This document shows, piece after piece, positions 1 through 8,066 of a stretch of DNA of 32,000 nucleotides. The position numbers and the translations under genes were made by a program. This stretch comes from Candidatus Iainarchaeum sp. (lineage in GTDB: Archaea; Iainarchaeota; Iainarchaeia; Iainarchaeales; GCA-2688035), in assembly GCA_028713935.1 (NCBI GenBank), contig JAQTNI010000010.1:1-32000 (forward strand), written 5' to 3'. Position 1 is the first letter of the stretch; each line of letters starts with the position of its first letter. The notes beneath the pieces are model-generated. The model saw nothing but the letters and a program-made list of their open reading frames with translations. It was not told the origin of the DNA and ran no database searches.

Positions 1-90
1 CAAGTTATTCAAACACTATCAACCAGAATACAACAACACGCCGCACTCAAGCTTAAAATATCTTACACCCAATCAAGCATATAGAAACAA

Positions 91-126
91 ACAAAAAAAT
101 GGAGCCATAAGCGCTGTCACGTAACA
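91..126 (+). repeat. 36-nt perfect direct repeat, copy 1 (ACAAAAAAATGGAGCCATAAGCGCTGTCACGTAACA)
   Basis: Identical 36-mer at 15167..15202. Both copies are preceded by AATCAAG (13 nt further upstream in copy 1). Contains small dyads ATGGAGCCAT, AGCGCT and TGTCACGTAACA, and reads as a T7 tract on the minus strand. Confidence 0.9.
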
Positions 127-294
127 CATAAGCTTTCATATCAGGCATTATTGTCATAAAAATATATTCCAAAAAAACATTTATAATATTAATTCCCATT
201 GAAAAATCCGGGCATTACTAATTAGGCAATGCTTTGGTATTTTTATTTTTTCTGCACGTTTTTTATTTACAAAGGTTCTTCAATGAAATTGTTC

Positions 295-3200
295 TCATGT
301 ATTGCACCGATAACAATATGTTCGCCCATTATCATAACCTTCTTTAAGCCAATTGATTTCATTTTCTTGGTAAGTGAATGGTAACTTCCAGCCATAAATC
401 TTTGCGGAGCCCCCGCCTAAATATGCGCCGAAAGTGTGTCCGAATAATTCCATTTTTCCATCTGCGTCAGTGTCTCCAATTACCAAGCCAGTGAGATAAT
501 CCAACCCGTTTGTAATCCAGGTAATTGGAATCGAATCAGATAGTACTTGCCCGCTTCCACTATAAACATATAATCGATCTTTTCCGACATTCATTATTTC
601 CGCTTTTTGGTCAAAATCAAAGTCATAAAGAAAAAAGTTGCCTCCCAGCAATTGCTCTTCTAGGGGTATTGATACCAATAAGTTTAGTTGGTTATCATAT
701 ACCCGTATATCATAATTTTCCATTGATTGGTCTGATTCAACTGCTAAAATTTCCGGACTTTCATCTCCGGAAACATCACTTATTTGAATTCGGACGGAGC
801 CATTATACTGGCTTGTTGTTGCAGAATACTGTATGCTTAAGTTTTTTAAGACAAACAACGTATTCGATTTGCTACAGATAAGTTCAAGCGTTCCATCTCC
901 ATCAAGGTCTGCAATTGCCCTTACAAGCATTTTATTTTGTGTTGTTTGTATTAGCTGATATGTTCCGTCAGTATGAAAATTAGCAATCATCAGCGGCCCG
1001 TTGTATCTTGTATAAACGATATCTTTCCCCCCATCATTGAACAAATCTCCGACCGCAAAAGAGGGATGCTCAAGCCTACCGTAATCAATTACTATTGGTG
1101 ACTGAGACAAAAATGACATGCGTATTCCTTTCATCCCTTGAGTGTTGTCATTGATATTTATTATTTCATATTGTCCGTCGCCATCTAAATCTGCAACTGT
1201 TGTTTGGCGCGAGGTTTTTTGTTCATTAAATAGTACTTGACCATTATCATCAAACAAAATGCCGTCCGCAAACAATTCGTTTTGTCCATCTTGATCGACA
1301 TTGACAAAGAATAGCGATTCTGCCCTGTCAACGAAACTTGTGTTGCTACCGGAAATGTCGAGGTTGTTTTGTCCTTGATAGTCAAACAAAAAAGAGGCAA
1401 GGGCAAGTGTCTCAGGATACGGGGTGTCTATGTCGCCAGCAATATCCATTGTGGTAGTGCCCCGAAAGTTCCCAATATTGATTGTTGTAAGAGCACTGTT
1501 ATTGGGAGTTTGTATTGTTTTTGGCCATCCCGGTGCATAATTATCATTGTTAATAAAGGCATTTCCAATCACTAGATATTCCTCAAATGATTCTTCATTT
1601 TGCGGGGTAACCGTGACTCTATAGACTTCCCCGGTGCTTTCTGGATTGGCAAAGTCAATTGTCAGGGCATCGGCTTGTGGCTCGCCAGAAGAAAATTCCC
1701 TGAAATAAATTAATTCCCAAGCTAAGTCTTGTTCTTTGAAATCATATGATGAAAAAATAGCTCTGTCAATTTTCACCATTGATTGATTTGGGTTATATCC
1801 TACAGAATAGGTTAATGTAAAAGGCTCGCTTTCATAGAAATCAGTTGATAATTCAGCTTCTATAACAGGGACAATTCCGTGATACTGAACTGCCAGTAGA
1901 CCATCTACCATTCCCACGCCCTCTTCTATGAACGGGTTATTGTAACTGACTGCAGTATGTTTCAAGAGGGATTTAATTTGGAGCGGAGACCAATCCGGGT
2001 GCTGTTGCTTTAATAATGCAGCTATGCCAGCCACATGAGGCGAGGCCATTGATGTCCCCGATATTCCTACATGGCTTTCATCAAGGCAACGATAATCTGA
2101 CCATGCATCATCAAATTCTGCAGCACAAATAACAGCCCCTGGGGCAGACAAATCCGGTTTTAACACGCCATATTTCCCTGGGCCACGAGAACTAAAACCA
2201 GTAATTTTTCCCGTTGGAGGATTAATATCGCCCCAGTATAGTCCATCATAATTTTTTTTGAATCCGGCACCAACACTAATTGCGTTCCTTGCTACGCTCG
2301 GTGAACAATTTGCCGAATGATGGGTTCCTTCCGGATAATTAATATTTCTACACACAACATTTCCGTAAGGCCCCGAATTGCCTGCAGATACTACGGCAAT
2401 AATGCCATTCTCTACGGCATTGTCAACCGCCAAACTTAGTGGGTCATCTGCACCCCCAATTCCTCCCAAACTAAGATTAATTACATCTAAAATATCATTT
2501 GGATCATCCTCTTCAGGATCAATTCCATAAATATATCCATCTCCATCCACATCAAATGAGCGGTCAACAGCCAGAATTATATTTTCCGTGTAGCCACTAC
2601 CAGAAGAATTAAGAACTTTGTAGGCATAAATGTTAGCTTCTGGTGCGACTCCTTTCAGGATTCCGTTTCCGGCTGCAGTTGCAGCCACGTGGGTGCCATG
2701 CCCCATGTCATCTATTGGGTCAGCATCATTGTTTACAAAATCCCAACCCCCCAAGACCTTGCATCCCAAACCAATGCAACCGCCTAAGTCCGGGTGGGTA
2801 TAATCCACTCCCGTATCAATGATTCCAATGCGGATTCCTTTTCCAGTTAGGCACTGACGGTGAGGCAGAGATTTTTCTGTTGTTGGGTTATCTCTTTGAA
2901 TAGGTATTGGATTTTCCGCTTCCATCAAGCACAAGGAACCGTGCCTATTTAGTTTCCAAACATCGTTTGCATTAATAAGGGGAACTGAGTCCATGAGCAT
3001 TGCATAAACTGTCGCGTTTGGATATACCTCTACCCCCCCTGGCAATTGGTTGAGCAAGTTTTTTACTATTGCCTCTTTTGGAATAAACATAGTATTCAGC
3101 ATATTTACTGTTTTGTGAACTTGGTTGCTTGAAACACCCAAGAGGGTAAGCAATCGTTCTTGTTCGGCTTTTATCTTATTTTTGTGGGCTTTAAGGGAGA

Positions 3201-3654
3201 AGGTTAAATTTTTTTCTAGTTCTTCGGCTTTTGAAATGTTTTCGACAATGCCTGTTTTTTTTAATCCCTCAATCTGCTGTTTCGTTTTTTGATTTTTTTC
3301 TAATATACTTTCGAATCCAAGCCTTTGGTCTATGAGAATTATTCCATTGTTTCCTTCGGATTGCAGGAAATTATAAATAGAATCCTCGCTTCTCAAATTA
3401 ATTGTTGGCGCAATATCAATTAAAGAATTTTGTTTTGGAATCAAGTTCTTTGGTTCTGTAGCAACAACATCACTTGGTGTTTTTTGGGTTACCTCAAATA
3501 CAGGAGCAGGATTTGTAGTTTGTGCCCCTTGAAAAGGCACAGTAAGAAGGACTGAACCAGAGTTCAGGTTCAATGCAGTTAAGGCAATTCCCGCAACAAC
3601 AATAATGCCCACAATTAGAAAAACAGCAATTCCTGCCTGGGCATTTGAATTCAT
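295..3654 (-). CDS. Membrane-anchored S8 subtilisin-like serine protease with C-terminal FG-GAP/VCBS-type repeat region
   Basis: ORF 295..3669. Catalytic motifs IGIIDTGVDYTHPDL (Asp), HGTHVAATAAGNG (His) and GTSMASPHVAGIAALL (Ser). Hydrophobic N-terminal anchor AGIAVFLIVGIIVVAGIALTAL after ATG at 3654. Seven DxDxDG-like repeats in the C-terminal ~430 aa (VNVDQDGQNE, DLDGDGQYE, DLFNDGGKD, DLDGDGTLE, DVSGDESPE, DFDFDQKAE, DTDADGKME). Confidence 0.9.
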   Translation of the reverse strand: MNSNAQAGIAVFLIVGIIVVAGIALTALNLNSGSVLLTVPFQGAQTTNPAPVFEVTQKTPSDVVATEPKNLIPKQNSLIDIAPTINLRSEDSIYNFLQSEGNNGIILIDQRLGFESILEKNQKTKQQIEGLKKTGIVENISKAEELEKNLTFSLKAHKNKIKAEQERLLTLLGVSSNQVHKTVNMLNTMFIPKEAIVKNLLNQLPGGVEVYPNATVYAMLMDSVPLINANDVWKLNRHGSLCLMEAENPIPIQRDNPTTEKSLPHRQCLTGKGIRIGIIDTGVDYTHPDLGGCIGLGCKVLGGWDFVNNDADPIDDMGHGTHVAATAAGNGILKGVAPEANIYAYKVLNSSGSGYTENIILAVDRSFDVDGDGYIYGIDPEEDDPNDILDVINLSLGGIGGADDPLSLAVDNAVENGIIAVVSAGNSGPYGNVVCRNINYPEGTHHSANCSPSVARNAISVGAGFKKNYDGLYWGDINPPTGKITGFSSRGPGKYGVLKPDLSAPGAVICAAEFDDAWSDYRCLDESHVGISGTSMASPHVAGIAALLKQQHPDWSPLQIKSLLKHTAVSYNNPFIEEGVGMVDGLLAVQYHGIVPVIEAELSTDFYESEPFTLTYSVGYNPNQSMVKIDRAIFSSYDFKEQDLAWELIYFREFSSGEPQADALTIDFANPESTGEVYRVTVTPQNEESFEEYLVIGNAFINNDNYAPGWPKTIQTPNNSALTTINIGNFRGTTTMDIAGDIDTPYPETLALASFLFDYQGQNNLDISGSNTSFVDRAESLFFVNVDQDGQNELFADGILFDDNGQVLFNEQKTSRQTTVADLDGDGQYEIININDNTQGMKGIRMSFLSQSPIVIDYGRLEHPSFAVGDLFNDGGKDIVYTRYNGPLMIANFHTDGTYQLIQTTQNKMLVRAIADLDGDGTLELICSKSNTLFVLKNLSIQYSATTSQYNGSVRIQISDVSGDESPEILAVESDQSMENYDIRVYDNQLNLLVSIPLEEQLLGGNFFLYDFDFDQKAEIMNVGKDRLYVYSGSGQVLSDSIPITWITNGLDYLTGLVIGDTDADGKMELFGHTFGAYLGGGSAKIYGWKLPFTYQENEINWLKEGYDNGRTYCYRCNT

Positions 3655-3687
3655 GAAAAAGAAAGGCACAAACTACTATTTAAATGT

Positions 3688-4428
3688 TCAGAGTATCATG
3701 TGCGCTAGCCTGAATTGCATGCTGCTTGGGCCTATTGAATAGGAAATTTTCATTGGAGAATCCGTTTTCATTTCCAGAAAGAGCTTTTTGTCCGAGTCTG
3801 CTTCCTTTATTATGTTCTGCAAAAAATTCAGGGAGTATTTTGAAATTATTTCTGATTTTTCGGGTTTTTCAAGGTTTTTTATGGAAGTGACTTTTGCCTG
3901 CTTGAGAGAGGCTTTAACTGCACCCGAACTGCCCTGCGATTCAATTGAAAAACAGGAATTTTTTATTTTAAAAACAGCGCTGCTTCCGAAAAGAGCTGCG
4001 TCTTTTATTGCCTCTTTAAGTATGCGCGAATTGATTTCAACTTTTGCGTCAAATTTTGTTTCGGGAATGTTTATTTCCTCTTCATTGATGTCAATCAAAG
4101 GCAGGGAAAAATTTCTCGTGGTTTCTCCGTCAAAGGAAAGCAAAAGCTCTGATTCTGTAAGGTCCATTGAAAGCTTGTCTTCGGGCATTGCCCTTCCCAT
4201 TATTTTGCCCAATTCAACCAAGTCAACGCCTACAAGGGTCGGTTCAATTGAATACTTGTCAAAAACTGTTTTTGGAAGGTCAAATTCCACAAAAACAACC
4301 TGGCTTGGGTCAATTGCCTTGAAAAAAATCCCTGAATCTGAAAAATGAATGTTTCCCTCTGAAATAAAGCTTGAAATCGAGTCAATTGCCTTTTTCCAGG
4401 GAACAGTGTTTTTCAGTTCAATTGCCAT
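3688..4428 (-). CDS. pcn: DNA polymerase sliding clamp (PCNA), divergent paralog 1
   Basis: 246 aa, PCNA length and pattern (AIDSISSFISEGNIHFSDSGIFFKAIDPSQVVFVEFDL...VGVDLVELGKIMGRA). Alignable along its length to the second PCNA at 7208..7954. Non-canonical C-terminus LAHMIL. Confidence 0.85.
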   Translation of the reverse strand: MAIELKNTVPWKKAIDSISSFISEGNIHFSDSGIFFKAIDPSQVVFVEFDLPKTVFDKYSIEPTLVGVDLVELGKIMGRAMPEDKLSMDLTESELLLSFDGETTRNFSLPLIDINEEEINIPETKFDAKVEINSRILKEAIKDAALFGSSAVFKIKNSCFSIESQGSSGAVKASLKQAKVTSIKNLEKPEKSEIISKYSLNFLQNIIKEADSDKKLFLEMKTDSPMKISYSIGPSSMQFRLAHMIL

Positions 4429-4455
4429 TCGGATTGCCTCTTACCTAATTGGCGC

Positions 4456-4471
4456 ATAAATATTATTTAAA
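4456..4471. promoter_or_regulatory. AT-rich TATA-like block in divergent intergenic region (PCNA1 / radical SAM)
   Basis: ATAAATATTATTTAAA lies ~25-30 nt from ATG 4428 (minus) and ATG 4495 (plus). This spacing fits archaeal leaderless promoters and suggests the radical SAM start is ATG 4495 rather than GTG 4480. Confidence 0.3.
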
Positions 4472-4479
4472 CGTTTCCT

Positions 4480-5802
4480 GTGGCAAAAGTTTTAATGCAA
4501 AAAAACCAAAAAAAGAAAATAGTATTATTCATGCCCCGGCCTTCAGAACACGGCTATTATCTGGGCTTGCCGCTTGCATTGATGGAAATTTGCTCTCTTG
4601 TTGACAAAAAAAAGTTTTCAATAAAAATAATTTCAGCAAACCCAAATTCCGATTATGAAAAGGAAATCCGCAATGCAATTGACGAAAATACCCTTCTTTT
4701 TGGCGTAAGCTCAATGACAGGCTATCAGATAAAAAGCGCAATTGGGGCAATCAAAATTGCGCGCAAAAAAAATCCTTTTATTCCTGTTGTCTGGGGCGGA
4801 TACCATTGCTCCTTATTGCCAGAAGAAACCCTGAAAAGCGAATTTGCTGACATTGTTGTTGTTGGGCAGGGCCAGAGGCCTTTTGCAGAGCTTGTGGAAG
4901 CGCTTTTGGAAAAAAAAAGCCTTGGCGCAATAAAGGGAATTGCCTATAAAAACAGGGGAAAAATAACAATCAATCCATGCAGGGAGCCTGAAGATGTAAA
5001 CAATTTTCCTGACATTGATTTTTCCCTTGTTGATGTTGAAAAGCATGTAATTCCTGTTGAAGGAAAAAGATACATTAACCTTTGCACTTCTTATGGCTGC
5101 CCGCACAGGTGTTCTTTTTGCGTTGAGCCGGTGCTTTCAAAAAGAAAATGGTTCGGCCTGAAACCTGAACGTGTCTTAAAACAAATGGAATTCCTTGCTG
5201 AAAAGCACAATATCGAGTTTTTTGGATTTAATGACAGCAATTTTTTTGTGGATAAGGAAAGAATAAAAAAAATTTGTGCCGGGCTTATAAAAAAAAAATT
5301 GAAAATCCAGTGGGGAGATGCAAATGGCAGGACAAAGCAATTGTTAATGTATGATGAAAAATTGTGGAGTTTGATGGAAAAAAGCGGCTGCAAAAGCATC
5401 CTCATTGGTGCGGAAGGCGGAAGCCAGGAAATACTGGATTTGATTGACAAGGACACTTCTCCGGAAGAAACAGTGAAGCTTGCTGAAACAACGCGCAGGC
5501 ACAATATTGACGTTGTTTTTTCTTTGATGGCGGGAATACCAAGATTTCCCGATTATCTTAACAAAAAAAAAGCCGATGAAGGCGTTAAAAAAGAAATTTT
5601 TGACATTATGAAAATGCTTGAAAAAAGCCTGCCAGAAAAAAAATACCATGCAATTCTCTTGTTTGTTTACACTCCTTATCCCGGCAATCCTTTGTTTGAA
5701 ACAAGCAAAAAGCTTGGCTTTAAGGAGCCGAAAACTCTGGAAGAATGGGCTGATTTTGAAATTGTTGCAAACAATGTTCCCTGGGTTTCAAAAAAAAAAT
5801 AA
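4480..5802 (+). CDS. B12-binding-domain radical SAM protein
   Basis: CxxxCxxC cluster motif CTSYGCPHRCSFCVEP. N-terminal Rossmann-like B12-binding-type region (VLFMPRP...GVSSMTGYQI...VVWGGYH). 440 aa, ending at TAA directly after an A10 run. Confidence 0.85.
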   Translation: MAKVLMQKNQKKKIVLFMPRPSEHGYYLGLPLALMEICSLVDKKKFSIKIISANPNSDYEKEIRNAIDENTLLFGVSSMTGYQIKSAIGAIKIARKKNPFIPVVWGGYHCSLLPEETLKSEFADIVVVGQGQRPFAELVEALLEKKSLGAIKGIAYKNRGKITINPCREPEDVNNFPDIDFSLVDVEKHVIPVEGKRYINLCTSYGCPHRCSFCVEPVLSKRKWFGLKPERVLKQMEFLAEKHNIEFFGFNDSNFFVDKERIKKICAGLIKKKLKIQWGDANGRTKQLLMYDEKLWSLMEKSGCKSILIGAEGGSQEILDLIDKDTSPEETVKLAETTRRHNIDVVFSLMAGIPRFPDYLNKKKADEGVKKEIFDIMKMLEKSLPEKKYHAILLFVYTPYPGNPLFETSKKLGFKEPKTLEEWADFEIVANNVPWVSKKK

Positions 5803-6006
5803 GCAATTTCACAGCAATTAATGGATTTTGTTTTTCCCTATGCCTGCGATTATTAAAAAGAAAAGCACATTGAAAAATTCGGTTTTGTGCAGAACGCCTT
5901 TCACAAAACGGCCTTATGGAGATGGAAACACAATTTTTTTGCCTTTCCAATTGAACATGAAATGCTAAGGCTTTTCAGGAAGGCAAGGGCAAAAGCGGAA
6001 AAATGA
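5803..6006 (+). other. Same-frame protein-like continuation of the radical SAM ORF beyond two TAA codons (possible decayed or read-through C-terminal tail)
   Basis: In the frame of 4480..5802: TAA(5800) AISQQLMDFVFPYACDY TAA(5854) KEKHIEKFGFVQNAFHKTALWRWKHNFFAFPIEHEMLRLFRKARAKAEK TGA(6004..6006). Confidence 0.35.
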
Positions 6007-6028
6007 AACTTTGAGAAATGAAATCGTG

Positions 6029-6244
6029 TCAAATCATTTTGAAGAATTCTTCTTTTTGCATTTTCAAGTCTTGCTTGATTATTTTTGTTAAAAGCTTGAT
6101 TTTGATTTCTTTGTGCATTGGCACTAATGTTGTTCTTCCATCCGGATGTTCAAAGAAAACATGAGAGCCTTTTTGCCTTATTTCTTTGAATCCGAGTTTG
6201 TGCAAGGCATCGAGAACCTTGCGGAGCTTGACGGAATTAGGCAT
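6029..6244 (-). CDS. hicA: HicA-family mRNA interferase toxin
   Basis: MPNSVKLRKVLDALHKLGFKEIRQKGSHVFFEHPDGRTTLVPMH matches the YcfA/HicA pattern (KGSH..., P.H). ATG at 6244 overlaps the hicB stop by 8 nt. Confidence 0.8.
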   Translation of the reverse strand: MPNSVKLRKVLDALHKLGFKEIRQKGSHVFFEHPDGRTTLVPMHKEIKIKLLTKIIKQDLKMQKEEFFKMI

Positions 6245-6461
6245 ACACTGAAACCTTTTCAACGGAAACAAAACCTGTTTTTTGCTTGTTTTCCCTTTCC
6301 TCTTCAATTTCCAGGCATAATTCTATTGCTTCCTTAATATTTGCCAAAACTTCTTTTTTTGTCTTGCCCTGGGTATGGCAGGCATGCAAAGCTGGAACAT
6401 CTGCAATAAACCAGCCATCCTCGTCTCTTTCAATAATAACATCAAAAGTCTTTGCTTTCAT
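6237..6461 (-). CDS. hicB: HicB-family antitoxin (UPF0150-like)
   Basis: MKAKTFDVIIERDEDGWFIADVPALHACHTQGKTKKEVLANIKEAIELCLE is typical of the HicB N-terminal domain. ATG at 6461. Immediately upstream of and overlapping hicA. Confidence 0.75.
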   Translation of the reverse strand: MKAKTFDVIIERDEDGWFIADVPALHACHTQGKTKKEVLANIKEAIELCLEIEEERENKQKTGFVSVEKVSVYA

Positions 6462-6617
6462 ACAATCCACCAATAAAATAATGCATCGATTCCAATAAAA
6501 AAGTTTTGAATCCCATCCAGGCAAACAGCAAAAATGCATCATCAAAGAATTGGAATAAAGGCAACTGGCAAACTGAGCCTGAAAAGACTTTTATATTCTT
6601 GTTGCGATTAGTTTGAT

Positions 6618-7211
6618 ATGTTCAAGCCGAATACTGAACAGAAAAAACTGATTCTGCAAATCGGGAAAGCCGCAAGGGAAGTTTGGAAATGGGAAAATTT
6701 GTGGGTTTTTATAGACTCTGAATCCCAAAGCGGGGCATTGCAACAATTCGGAGGTGAAGCACATATTGACCCTGAAAAAGCAAGGTTGCATCCCTTGGGA
6801 AAAAAATTATTATATTTAAAGGATTTATTCAAAAAGCGCGCAAAGTTAGCATCTAGCAATTTTAAATCTTTAGCTGAAAATGCCAAAATGGCAGGAGTGC
6901 CTTTATCACTAATCGACAAAATTTTTGAAACAGTTGGCAACAAGAGTGCAATGCCAACCATGGAAAAATTGTTTTCTTTTGTAAGGAAAGTGGTTGAACA
7001 GCCTGAATTGTCAAGGGCTGCTGCAATCAAAGGGCTGCGTGATGCAATCAGGAATGCAGACCCGCGCTTTGTTTCACAAAGGGAAATCAACCTGCTGGCT
7101 GACAGCCTTGCAGCGCTTGAGAGCAAGCCTGTTAAATACACGCCTGCTCCGCATGTTGCAGAATATTTGGAATTGAGAAAAAGAGTGCAGCAGAAGCGCA
7201 GGCGGGTTTAA
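6618..7211 (+). CDS. Hypothetical basic protein; possible distant member of the family at 30127 and 30758
   Basis: 197-aa ORF with ATG start and a TATA-like CTTTTATATTC ~25 nt upstream. Protein-like composition, unlike its antisense ORF 6608..7141. Shares short motifs LHPLGKK and MPTMEKLFSFVRKVV / YTPAPHVAEYLELRKRVQQ with the pheS-pheT insert proteins. Confidence 0.55.
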   Translation: MFKPNTEQKKLILQIGKAAREVWKWENLWVFIDSESQSGALQQFGGEAHIDPEKARLHPLGKKLLYLKDLFKKRAKLASSNFKSLAENAKMAGVPLSLIDKIFETVGNKSAMPTMEKLFSFVRKVVEQPELSRAAAIKGLRDAIRNADPRFVSQREINLLADSLAALESKPVKYTPAPHVAEYLELRKRVQQKRRRV

Positions 7212-7954
7212 TCGCTTTCAATGCGTGGCGCCAAAAAGTAAGTGATTTTTGCTTCGCCTATGCTGTATTTTATTTGCACTGGCGCATTTGTCTTGAGCTT
7301 CAATTCTATTTCTGAGTCTGATGAAGGCGCTTTGAGCATGTCCTGCAAATAGTCAAGTGGAAACATGCTGCTTGTTTCTTTTGTTGTTTTTAATTCTACA
7401 AGATTTTTTCCGTCTTTTTTTGTTTTGTTGTACAAGTTGCCTTTGCTCGAATTTGCTTTTACATAAAAATCTTCTTTTGTTGCGCCCAGGGAAACATGGG
7501 TGCTTATCAATGAGGCGTCTTTCAGGGCGTCTTGAATAATGCCTGCCTTGATTCTGATTTCAGTGTCAAATTCTATTTTTGGGTTTGGAAGCTCTGCAGT
7601 TGAGATGTCAATCAGGGGTATTTCAAAGTGCCTTGTTGATGCGCCTTCAAAGGTTACATTTAACCTGCTTTTGTCTTCATCCAGTTCAAGCACAAGTGAA
7701 TCGTTTGCTTTTGCCCTGTTCATTACCTGCCCGAAATAGGAAAGGTCTATCCCGATTTTTGTTTTTTCTTTTACATCATACTCCTTGAAGGCTTTTTTGT
7801 CAATTGCAAAGTCAACCATTGAAATCTGCGAAGGGTCTGTTGCCTTGAGGGAAAGCCTGTTTTCGTCAAGCAAAAATTCTGCTTCATCAATCAGCACAGA
7901 AATTGCGTCAATGCATTTCTGGAAATCAACTGCTTTTTCAAAAATTATTTTCAT
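7208..7954 (-). CDS. pcn: DNA polymerase sliding clamp (PCNA), paralog 2 (canonical-looking)
   Basis: MKIIFEKAVDFQKCIDAISVLIDEAEF...LKATDPSQISMVDF...IGIDLSYFGQVMNRA...YFLAPRIESD. ATG at 7954. Typical archaeal PCNA C-terminus LAPRIE. Confidence 0.9.
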   Translation of the reverse strand: MKIIFEKAVDFQKCIDAISVLIDEAEFLLDENRLSLKATDPSQISMVDFAIDKKAFKEYDVKEKTKIGIDLSYFGQVMNRAKANDSLVLELDEDKSRLNVTFEGASTRHFEIPLIDISTAELPNPKIEFDTEIRIKAGIIQDALKDASLISTHVSLGATKEDFYVKANSSKGNLYNKTKKDGKNLVELKTTKETSSMFPLDYLQDMLKAPSSDSEIELKLKTNAPVQIKYSIGEAKITYFLAPRIESD

Positions 7955-8066
7955 AATTATCACAATTAATTTTAAGGGCAATTAAGCTGAACTGAGAATT
8001 AAAATTGGAAAATTATTAATAAACTATGTTTTGGATGGCTGCTGAAATGCCCCTTGCACTGAAAAT

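Noticed and set aside
5800-5856. Genome-wide reassignment of TAA to a sense codon as the explanation for the radical SAM in-frame stops.
   Set aside because: Many genes in the window terminate at TAA with canonical C-termini (for example PCNA-2 ...LAPRIESD, rpoL and hicB), so TAA functions as a stop here.
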